DNA of 64,000 nt from positions 27,444 through 91,443 of the forward strand of contig DBFAAM010000029.1 of assembly GCA_048193585.1 (NCBI GenBank), in the 5' to 3' direction. Source of the DNA: Collinsella aerofaciens (lineage in GTDB: Bacteria > Actinomycetota > Coriobacteriia > Coriobacteriales > Coriobacteriaceae). The position numbers and the translations under genes were made by a program. The notes below the pieces were generated by a model. That model saw nothing but the letters and a program-made list of their open reading frames with translations. It was not told where the DNA came from and did not search any database. This document shows, piece by piece, positions 27,853 through 35,841 of the stretch; the first letter of the stretch is position 1; each line of letters opens with the position of its first letter.

Positions 27853-29029
27853 ACGTCGCCCCCAATTTCCCGATAACTGCATCGGCGCCCGACGTGCGGA
27901 AAAGCTCGCGGCGCTCGGCGTCGAACACGACCGCGGCGATGTCGCATGCGCCCGCCGCGCGGCGGCGCAACCTGTCCTCAATTGCCGCAGCGAGCGAGGC
28001 GCGCGCAGCGTCCCCAACGCCGGCGGCCTCGATTACCTCGAGCGCCGCCGTGGTCGTGACGGACGACATGATCTCGCGCACGGTCTTCGTGCCCGCGCCG
28101 GCCATGGCCGCGTGGGCGGCCAGAATCTCCGCGCGGCAGTCGGCGGTACGCGAATGGGTGTCCATGATGCCGCCCGCGACCTTCACCAACTTGCCGATGT
28201 GTCCCACAAGAAGGACATTGGTAAATCCCTCGCGAACGCAGCAGTCAATCGCATCGCCCACAAAGTTGGAGATGAAGACCACCGGCGCACCGTTTAGGTG
28301 GAAATGCCCCGAGATGAACTGCCCGCCGTAGTTGCCGGGCGTGAGCACGACTCCGCGCCGCCCCATAGCCGCATGCTGCCGGATCTCGAGCTCGATGCTG
28401 TCGCGCAAGGCAGCCAGGCTGCGCGGCTCGACGATGCCCGTCGTGCCCAGGATGGAGATGCCGCCCTCTATCCCCAGATGCGGGTTGAAGGTCTTTTTGG
28501 CAAGGGCAACACCCTCGGGTACCGAAATCGTCACAGCAATATTTCCAGAAAAGCCGTGCGCGGCGCACACCTTGCGCACCGCCGAAGTGATCATCGCGCG
28601 CGGCGTCGCGTTGATGGCGGCCGCCCCCACCGGCTGCTCGAGCCCGGGCAATGTCACGCGCCCCACGCCCACGCCGCCATCGACGGAAACTTCCGATTCG
28701 CGCGCGGGCACGTCCTTGCTGCCCGCAGCACCCGTGCCCGACCCCGCATGTTCCACGTGCGCGTACACGAGTACGCCGTCAGTCACATCGGCATCGTCGC
28801 CTGCGTCCTTTCGCACGGCGCACTGGGCGCACCCCTCGCCGATGCATGCGTCGACCACGTTCGCCTCGACGGGCAGCCCGCCGGGGGTGACGATCGACAC
28901 GCGGCCGACGGGCTTTCGTGACAAAAGCATCTCGCAGGCCGCCTTCGCCGCGAGCGCGGCGCAGCTCCCCGTGGTGTAGCCGCAGCGCAGGCGGGTCGTC
29001 CCGGTATATATGTAGTGCTCGAAGGCCAC
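27845..29029 (-). CDS. cbiD: cobalt-precorrin-5B C1-methyltransferase
   Basis: LRCGYTTGSCAA, KDAGDDADVT, GVGRVT, TFNPHLGIEGGISILGTTGIV, GHIGKLVK. Confidence 0.96.
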   Translation of the reverse strand: MAFEHYIYTGTTRLRCGYTTGSCAALAAKAACEMLLSRKPVGRVSIVTPGGLPVEANVVDACIGEGCAQCAVRKDAGDDADVTDGVLVYAHVEHAGSGTGAAGSKDVPARESEVSVDGGVGVGRVTLPGLEQPVGAAAINATPRAMITSAVRKVCAAHGFSGNIAVTISVPEGVALAKKTFNPHLGIEGGISILGTTGIVEPRSLAALRDSIELEIRQHAAMGRRGVVLTPGNYGGQFISGHFHLNGAPVVFISNFVGDAIDCCVREGFTNVLLVGHIGKLVKVAGGIMDTHSRTADCRAEILAAHAAMAGAGTKTVREIMSSVTTTAALEVIEAAGVGDAARASLAAAIEDRLRRRAAGACDIAAVVFDAERRELFRTSGADAVIGKLGATYE

Positions 29030-29030
29030 G

Positions 29031-29822
29031 CTAGCTGCTCGCCTTCCGATACCCCGTGGCAAACGAAGGGTCGTAAAGCTTGCTGCGCTCGTACGACTCT
29101 GCTTGCGCGCCGTTGTGCGAAAACCCGCCGCGAGCTCCGAGCACGCGGCCCACCACCACGAGCGCCGTGCGGTCGATGCCCTCTCGCGCGCCCGCATCGG
29201 CGAGCGTGCCCACTGTGCATCGCACCACGCGCTCCTCAGGCCAGGTCGCCTTGTACACGAGCGCGGCCGGCTCGTCGGAGCTGCGGCCCGCGGCCAAAAG
29301 CTCGGCGGAAAGCTCGGCGAGCATACCCGAGCTCAGGAAGATGACCATAGTCGAGCCACTTTCCGCCATGGTGCGCATGCCCTCGCCCGCGGGCATGGGG
29401 GTACGTCCGGAAAGCCGCGTGATCACGACCGACTGGCTGATTCCCGGCAGCGTGTATTCCTGGCGAAGCGCCGCCGCGGCACCGCAAAAGCTCGACACGC
29501 CGGGCACCACCTCGTAGTCCACGCCGCGCGCGTCGAGCGCGTCCATCTGCTCCTGGATGGCGCCGTACAGGCACGGGTCGCCCGTGTGCAGGCGCACCAC
29601 GTCCTCGCCCCGCGCATCTGCCGCGCACATCACGTCGAGCACTTCCTCCAAGGTCATGTGCGCGCTGTCGTAGACGATGCAGGATTCCTTGCACTCAGCG
29701 AGCAGCTCGGGGTTCACAAGGCTTCCCGCCCAAACGACCACGTCGGCTGCGCGCAGAAGGCGCGCCCCGCGCAGCGTGATAAGGTCGGCGGCGCCCGAGC
29801 CTGCGCCAACGATATGAATCAT
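29031..29822 (-). CDS. cbiF: cobalt-precorrin-4 C11-methyltransferase
   Basis: MIHIVGAGSG, WAGSLV, RLHTGDP, PGVSS, SKLYD. Confidence 0.95.
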   Translation of the reverse strand: MIHIVGAGSGAADLITLRGARLLRAADVVVWAGSLVNPELLAECKESCIVYDSAHMTLEEVLDVMCAADARGEDVVRLHTGDPCLYGAIQEQMDALDARGVDYEVVPGVSSFCGAAAALRQEYTLPGISQSVVITRLSGRTPMPAGEGMRTMAESGSTMVIFLSSGMLAELSAELLAAGRSSDEPAALVYKATWPEERVVRCTVGTLADAGAREGIDRTALVVVGRVLGARGGFSHNGAQAESYERSKLYDPSFATGYRKASS

Positions 29823-29953
29823 CCGAGCCTTCCCTTCCCGTTTCTCATCGCAACCGTTTACGCCGCCATTCGCGCAGCGGGCAAAACACGGCGCCTGCGG
29901 CGACAATCGGCGCAAATACGCAGGCAGGAGGCGCAATGCCGCCCGCCCTGGCT

Positions 29954-29982
29954 TTGACACGTTCACAAGTGCCCACTATCAT
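29954..29982 (+). promoter_or_regulatory. sigma70-type promoter for the riboswitch-cbiK operon
   Basis: TTGACA (29954-29959), 17-nt spacer, TATCAT (29977-29982). Confidence 0.8.
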
Positions 29983-30015
29983 AGTAAAAGATTCGGCAAC
30001 GAGCATATGACAATC

Positions 30016-30164
30016 GGATAAAAGGAAATGACCGGCGCGGCGCCCGCACAGCCCGCGCTGGCTTGCGGAGGGAACCAGGTGGGAATCCTGGGCAAGGGAC
30101 ATTACTGTATAGGACGCGCGGGCGAACCGCCTCGCGCCCCAAGCCAGACTGCTTCGCCTTTTCC
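30016..30164 (+). ncRNA. cobalamin riboswitch
   Basis: AGGGAA-CCAGG-TGGGAAT-CCTGG...ACTGTA...AAGCCAGA core; P1-like pairing ggataaaagg / ccttttcc; upstream of cbiK and an ABC importer. Confidence 0.85.
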
Positions 30165-30280
30165 TCACGGCATCGCCGTGGCGTTAGCTCCTTGTGAACC
30201 CCGAGGGGTGCGCTTTTCTTTCGCTTGTGCCGACAAGCAACTGTCGCCGGGGGACCGGCAAACCGAGGAAAGGAAAAACC

Positions 30281-31207
30281 ATGTCCGACCAGATGTCACG
30301 CCGCGGCTTCATGGGCGCCGCAGCAACCGGAGCCTTCGCGCTCGCCGGAGTCGCGCTCGCGGGCTGCTCCAGCACCTCCGCGAGTTCCGAGAAATCGAGC
30401 GAAAAGGAGAAGGCCGTGAAGCCGGTCATCCTCGTCACGAGCTTCGGCACGAGCTACAACGACTCGCGCCACATCACCATCGGCGCCATCGAAGACGCTA
30501 TCCGCGAGAAGTACTGGCAGGACTACGACATCCGCCGCGCCTTCACCGCGCAGATCATCATCGACAAGCTGAAGAAGCGCGACGGCATCACGATCGACAA
30601 CATGACCGAGGCGCTCGACCGCTGCGTGGAAGACGGCGTGAAGGAAATCGTCGTGCAGCCGACGCATCTCATGGGTGGCCTGGAATACACCGACGTGAAA
30701 GACGAGCTCGACAAGTACGCCGACAAGTTCGACAAAATCTCGCTCGGCGACCCGCTGCTCACCTCCGACGACGACTACAAGAAGGTGGCCGCAGCCATTA
30801 AGGAGAACATGGCGTCCTTCGACGACGGCAAGACGGCGCTGTGCCTCATGGGCCACGGCACCGAAGCCGATTCCAACGCCGACTATGCCAAGATGCAGGA
30901 AGTGTTTAAGAACGAGGGCTTGACGCAGTTCTTCGTCGGCACCGTCGAGGCTGAACCGACCTGCGAGGATGTTATCGCCGCCGCGAGCGCCGCAGGCTAC
31001 AAGAAGGCCGTGCTCGCGCCGTTCATGGTGGTCGCGGGCGACCACGCGAACAACGACATGGCAGACGAGACCGACCCCGACAGCTGGGCTGCGAAGTTCG
31101 TGGCTGCCGGCTTCGAAGTGACGTGCCTGCTCCAGGGTCTGGGACAGAACGTCGCGGTCGACGACATCTACGTCGCGCACGTGGACGACGCCATCGCCAA
31201 GCTGTAA
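30281..31207 (+). CDS. cbiK: CbiK-family cobaltochelatase with a twin-arginine lipoprotein signal peptide
   Basis: MSDQMSRRGFM...LAGC signal; ILVTSFGTS, RRAFT, QPTH, MGHGT, GTVE, VAGDHANND. Confidence 0.9.
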   Translation: MSDQMSRRGFMGAAATGAFALAGVALAGCSSTSASSEKSSEKEKAVKPVILVTSFGTSYNDSRHITIGAIEDAIREKYWQDYDIRRAFTAQIIIDKLKKRDGITIDNMTEALDRCVEDGVKEIVVQPTHLMGGLEYTDVKDELDKYADKFDKISLGDPLLTSDDDYKKVAAAIKENMASFDDGKTALCLMGHGTEADSNADYAKMQEVFKNEGLTQFFVGTVEAEPTCEDVIAAASAAGYKKAVLAPFMVVAGDHANNDMADETDPDSWAAKFVAAGFEVTCLLQGLGQNVAVDDIYVAHVDDAIAKL

Positions 31208-31352
31208 ACTCGCCGCGCACGGGGGCGCCGGTCGCGTCCCCGTGCAACGGGCATGCGCCTTCCCCGACTGACGGCGCATGCCCGTTGCATTCGCATCCCG
31301 CCCGCCCACCGCACGGCGCGGGCGGTCGAAGCGATTGAAAGGAACCCCCTCC

Positions 31353-31886
31353 ATGTTGAAGAAAACCCTCGCCTTCGCCCTGTCGGCGGCGCTTTTCGCG
31401 TTCTCGCTCGCCGGCTGCGGCGGAAATTCAATCGACAGCGCAAAGGCAAGCGATGCCGATTCCCAGGAAAAGACCGAACAGGCGGCCGATGCGCCCGAGG
31501 GCGCAAGCGCTGCCCCCATCACCGCCGACAAGGTGGCCGACGGCACCTATCCGATCACCGTAGATTCCAGCTCGAACATGTTCAGGATTGTGGATGCCCA
31601 GCTCATCGTGGAAAACGGCTCCATGCACTGCGTGATGACACTTTCCGGCACGGGCTACGGCAAGCTCTTCATGGGCACGGGCGACGAGGCTGCCGCCGCG
31701 AGCGAGGCCGACTTCATCCCCTATGTGGAAAACGCGGAAGGCAAGTACACCTACGACGTGCCCGTTGATGCGCTCGACGAGGACACCGCCTGCGCCGCGT
31801 GGAGCATTAAAAGGGAGCGGTGGTACGACCGCACGCTCGTATTCGAATCCGCCGGCGTCGATCTGCGCGCCGACGCACTGAAGTAA
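31353..31886 (+). CDS. lipoprotein with a beta-rich, NEAT-like domain
   Basis: MLKK...SLAGC lipobox; DGTYPITVDSSSNMF...MTLSGTGY...YDVPV...WYDRTLVF; the fold call is inference. Confidence 0.7.
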   Translation: MLKKTLAFALSAALFAFSLAGCGGNSIDSAKASDADSQEKTEQAADAPEGASAAPITADKVADGTYPITVDSSSNMFRIVDAQLIVENGSMHCVMTLSGTGYGKLFMGTGDEAAAASEADFIPYVENAEGKYTYDVPVDALDEDTACAAWSIKRERWYDRTLVFESAGVDLRADALK

Positions 31887-31890
31887 CGCC

Positions 31891-33462
31891 ATGCGGTCGA
31901 TTCTTCCCAAGGGGGAAAACAGGAAGCGCCGCAGCATCGCGGCGCGCGCGATCGCCTGCATTCTCGTCGCCCTGCTCGCGCTTCCCTTCGCGGGGTGCAG
32001 TGCGAGCCCGAACGTGACCGGTGCCACGGCGGGCTCTCAGGAATACACTGTGAGCGTCTCGCTTTCCGGCGGGTCAGGGCGCGCAAGCATCGCCTCGCCC
32101 ACCACAATTGTGAAGGATGGCGACACCTACACCGCGACCATCACCTGGTCGAGTTCGAACTACGACAAGATGACCGTCGACGGCGTGGACTACGCGCCCG
32201 TAAACGACGGCGGCAACTCCACGTTCGAGATACCCGTCACGCTCGACGAGGACATCGCCGTGTCGGCCGAGACCGTCGCCATGTCGACGCCGCACACCAT
32301 CGACTACACGCTCCACTTCGACTCATCCACCATGAAGGAGAAATCGGGCGACGATGCAAGCGGCGGTTCCCCTGCGGGAACGGCTTCAAGCGCCGCGGCC
32401 GACTTCCACAACGCTGATTTGGGCTGCGGCTGGGAGCCGACGGGGGCGCTTCAGCTTGAATACGCCAAGCACTTCACTGTCGACGAGTTCGAAGGCGGCT
32501 TGCGGCTTATCTGCGTTTCGAACGGGGAGCGCTTCCTCGTGGTGCCGCAAGATGCGAAGGTACCTGACGGGTTGAGCTCCGACATCGCGGTCATAAGACG
32601 CCCCGCCGACAAGGTGTACCTCGTGTCGTCGGCGACGATGTGCCTGGTCGACGCGCTCGATGCGAACGACAATATCTTAATGTCGGGCACGAAGGCCGAC
32701 GATTGCTCGGTCGCGGGCTTCAAAAGCGCGCTCGAAAGTGGGGCGATCGCCTACGGCGGCAAGTACAGCGCGCCCGACTACGAGCGAATATCGGCCTCGG
32801 GCTGCACGCTCGCCATCGAGAACACCATGATCAACCACACGCCCGATGTGAAGGATAAGCTGCAGAAGCTCGGGCTCGTCGTGCTCACCGAACAGTCGTC
32901 GAGCGAGCCCGAAGCACTCGGGCGCGTCGAGTGGATAAAGCTTTTCGGCGTCCTGTTCGACAAGGAAGACGAGGCCGCGCACCTGTTCAACGAGCAGAAG
33001 GCCCGCGTCGAGCAAACGTCGGGACTCGCGTCGTCAGGTAAAACTGTGGCGTATTTCTACATTAACTCGAACGGGGCCGCCATCACGCGGCGGGCGGGCG
33101 ACTACGTGGCGCAGATGATCGAGCTTGCGGGCGGCAGCTACGCGCTCGATGACGCGCAGACGGCGTCGACGTCAGGTTCGTCAGTAACGCTCGAAATGGA
33201 GCGCTTCTACGCGACGGCGAAGGATGCCGACATCATCGTCTACAACGGCACCATCGACGAATCGGTTGCCACCTTGAACGACTTCGTAGGCAAAAACGCG
33301 CTATTGTCGCAGTTCAAAGCCGTGAAGAACGGCAACGTCTGGGTCACAAGCGCCGACATGTACCAGCAGATGACTTCTACCGCCGACATTATCGACGAGC
33401 TGCACGGGGCGTTCACCGGCGATGACGCGAGCGACTTCCATTATCTGAGGAAGCTCGGCTAG
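31891..33462 (+). CDS. lipoprotein: NEAT-like domain fused to an iron-complex/B12-type ABC solute-binding domain
   Basis: FAGC lipobox; YTVSVSLSGGSGRASI...WSSSNYD...FEIPV; then LEYAKHFTV, GKYSAPDYE, LGRVEWIKLFG, FKAVKNGNVW. Confidence 0.8.
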   Translation: MRSILPKGENRKRRSIAARAIACILVALLALPFAGCSASPNVTGATAGSQEYTVSVSLSGGSGRASIASPTTIVKDGDTYTATITWSSSNYDKMTVDGVDYAPVNDGGNSTFEIPVTLDEDIAVSAETVAMSTPHTIDYTLHFDSSTMKEKSGDDASGGSPAGTASSAAADFHNADLGCGWEPTGALQLEYAKHFTVDEFEGGLRLICVSNGERFLVVPQDAKVPDGLSSDIAVIRRPADKVYLVSSATMCLVDALDANDNILMSGTKADDCSVAGFKSALESGAIAYGGKYSAPDYERISASGCTLAIENTMINHTPDVKDKLQKLGLVVLTEQSSSEPEALGRVEWIKLFGVLFDKEDEAAHLFNEQKARVEQTSGLASSGKTVAYFYINSNGAAITRRAGDYVAQMIELAGGSYALDDAQTASTSGSSVTLEMERFYATAKDADIIVYNGTIDESVATLNDFVGKNALLSQFKAVKNGNVWVTSADMYQQMTSTADIIDELHGAFTGDDASDFHYLRKLG

Positions 33463-33466
33463 TGCC

Positions 33467-34507
33467 ATGAGAAGCCGGCTTTCCATGGCATACGACGAAT
33501 CGGGGCGCGCCGCGCAGTGTCGCGTCGTGGCGGCGCTGCTCGCTGTTGCCCTCATCGCGCTCGTCGGGGCCAACCTGTGCATCGGGAGCGTGCTCGTGCC
33601 CGCAGACCACATCCCCGGCATCCTTTCGGGCGGCGCGGCCAATTCCATGGAAAGCCAAGTCATCTGGGAGATTCGCCTGCCGCGCGTGCTTTCAGCCGTG
33701 CTTCTCGGCGGGGCGCTTTCCCTCTCCGGGTTCCTGCTGCAGACGTTTTTCAACAACCCCATCGCCGACCCGTTCATCTTGGGCGTCTCCTCGGGCGCAA
33801 AGTTCGTCGTCGCGCTTACGATGATCGTACTTCTGGGCGCGAACCAGGCCATGTCCTCGCCGGCCATGGTGGCCGCAGCGTTTCTGGGATCGCTTATCAC
33901 CATCGGCTTCGTGCTCCTCATCGCACGGCGCATAAGTTCCATGGCCATGCTCATCGTGGCGGGCGTCATGGTGGGATACATCTGCTCGGCGGCGACGAAC
34001 TTTCTCATCGCCTTCGCCGACGACCAGTCCATCGTGAACCTGCACAACTGGTCTTTGGGTAGCTTCTCGGGTTCGAGCTGGGACGACATCGCGGTCATCG
34101 CGGTCGTGGTGATCACCGTGAGTGCATGCGTATTCGCGATATCGAAGCCCCTTTCCGCCTTCCAGCTGGGAGAAGCCTACGCGAAAAGCGTCGGCGTGAA
34201 CGTCGCACGCTTCCGCGTGGTGCTCGTCCTTCTAGCGAGCATGCTCTCCGCCTGCGTGACCGCGTTCGCTGGTCCGGTGTCGTTCGTAGGCATCGCGGTT
34301 CCGCATCTCGTTAAGTCGGCGCTGAAGTCGTCGAAGCCCATCCGCGTGATTCCTGCGTGCTTCTTGGGAGGCGCCATCTTCTGCGCGGGCTGCGATTTGA
34401 TCGCGCGCACGCTGTTCTCCCCCGTCGAGCTTTCCATCAGCGCCGTCACCGCCATCTTCGGCGCGCCGGTGGTTATCGCACTCATGTTGAAGAAACGAGT
34501 GAGGTAG
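33467..34507 (+). CDS. FecCD/BtuC-family ABC importer permease
   Basis: IRLPR, LQTFFNNPIADPFILGVSSGA, LGEAYAKSVG, FVGIAVPH. Confidence 0.93.
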   Translation: MRSRLSMAYDESGRAAQCRVVAALLAVALIALVGANLCIGSVLVPADHIPGILSGGAANSMESQVIWEIRLPRVLSAVLLGGALSLSGFLLQTFFNNPIADPFILGVSSGAKFVVALTMIVLLGANQAMSSPAMVAAAFLGSLITIGFVLLIARRISSMAMLIVAGVMVGYICSAATNFLIAFADDQSIVNLHNWSLGSFSGSSWDDIAVIAVVVITVSACVFAISKPLSAFQLGEAYAKSVGVNVARFRVVLVLLASMLSACVTAFAGPVSFVGIAVPHLVKSALKSSKPIRVIPACFLGGAIFCAGCDLIARTLFSPVELSISAVTAIFGAPVVIALMLKKRVR

Positions 34508-35746
34508 ATGGGGGAATTCATGCCGCGGCCCAAAACGCTCAGAGGGGAGTCGAACCTCGAAACCCCGGTCGCAACGAAGGCTGACGGAGCGCCGCTTTTC
34601 CGCATAAGCGACCTGTCGGCGGGCTACGACAAGAAGGTCGTAGTCGAAGGCGTCAAGCTGGAGGTTCGCGCGGGCGACGTCGTGGCGCTCATCGGGCCGA
34701 ACGGCTCGGGCAAGTCGACCATCTTGAAAACCATCACACGCCATCTGGCACCGCTTGCCGGCGCGGTCGAGCTCGACGGGCGGGAGATTTCCCGATGGAA
34801 GACGGCGGAGTTCGCAAGGAACCTTGCCGTTATGCTGACAGATCGACCCCGGACCGAGCTCCTCACCTGCCGCGATATCATAGAGGCGGGAAGGCATCCC
34901 TACACCGGGCGAATGGGCACACTCTCGCCCGACGACCATAGTCGGGTCGACGAGGCCATGAAAACCGCACATGTGGAAGAGTTCGCCGAGCGCGACTTCA
35001 TGCAGATAAGCGACGGGCAACGCCAGCGCGTCATGCTCGCACGCGCCATCGCACAGGATCCGCGTGTGCTCGTGCTCGACGAGCCCACGTCATATCTCGA
35101 TATCCGCTACCAGATCGACCTGCTGCGAATACTTCGCCACCTTGCGAAATCGCGGAATGTGGCTGTCATCATGTCCATCCACGAACTCGAGCTCGCGCAG
35201 AAAAGCGCCGACAAGGTGATTTGCGTGAAGGACGGCCGGGTCTTCCGCGCCGGCGCACCCGAGGACATATTCACGCGCGAGACGATTGGCGAGCTCTACG
35301 GCCTTCAACATGGCACCTTCAACGAGCGCTTCGGCAGCGTGGAAATTGGGCGCCCACACGGCGATGCGCACACGTTCGTCATCGCCGGCGCAGGTACGGG
35401 GTCAGCTGTGTTTCGCCAGCTAATCCGGCAGGGCAAGGCGTTCTACGCGGGCGTTCTGCACGAAGGGGACATCGACTGCGAGCTTGCGCGCGACCTGGCG
35501 ACGGAATGCGTGGCCGAGCGCGCCTTCGAGCCGATCGGGGATAAAACCATAGCCCGCGCCAAAGAGCTCCTCGTCCACTGCGCGCGTCTTATCGTGTGCC
35601 CCGCCGCCTTCGGCACCATAAACGCCCGCAACGCAGAGCTCGTCGAGTTCGCACGCTCGCATGGTATCGAGGTCATGCGAGCGTGCGAAGGCGCATCGGA
35701 GGATTCCAAAATTGGAGTGGGAAGGATAAACTGGACTTTCTTTTAA
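34508..35746 (+). CDS. FecE/BtuD-family ABC importer ATPase with a C-terminal extension
   Basis: GPNGSGKST, ISDGQRQR, LDEPTSYLD, IHEL. Confidence 0.92.
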   Translation: MGEFMPRPKTLRGESNLETPVATKADGAPLFRISDLSAGYDKKVVVEGVKLEVRAGDVVALIGPNGSGKSTILKTITRHLAPLAGAVELDGREISRWKTAEFARNLAVMLTDRPRTELLTCRDIIEAGRHPYTGRMGTLSPDDHSRVDEAMKTAHVEEFAERDFMQISDGQRQRVMLARAIAQDPRVLVLDEPTSYLDIRYQIDLLRILRHLAKSRNVAVIMSIHELELAQKSADKVICVKDGRVFRAGAPEDIFTRETIGELYGLQHGTFNERFGSVEIGRPHGDAHTFVIAGAGTGSAVFRQLIRQGKAFYAGVLHEGDIDCELARDLATECVAERAFEPIGDKTIARAKELLVHCARLIVCPAAFGTINARNAELVEFARSHGIEVMRACEGASEDSKIGVGRINWTFF

Positions 35747-35758
35747 GGATCCTCAGGC

Positions 35759-35839
35759 TACAGCTCCTACGCCGGCAAGGTCTCCAAGGCGCCGGAGAAC
35801 CTCAGGAACAGGAATTTCCACGCCGACGAGCCCAACTAG
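35759..35839 (+). pseudogene. IS3-family transposase fragment
   Basis: YSSYAGKVSKAPENLRNRNFHADEPN*, the segment that precedes the WxTDIT DDE core in IS3/IS150-type transposases. Confidence 0.72.
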
Positions 35840-35841
35840 GC

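Larger units (their letters stand above)
13855..35841. mobile_element. probable horizontally acquired cobamide island bounded by IS remnants
   Basis: compositional shift (frequent GCG/CGC runs), single functional theme, transposase fragments at both edges; no intact integrase or transposase. Confidence 0.7.

Noticed and set aside
27619..28017. 132-aa ORF as a novel protein
   Set aside because: The first 55 codons overlap cbiD out of frame; only the part from the ATG at 27852 resembles CbiL.
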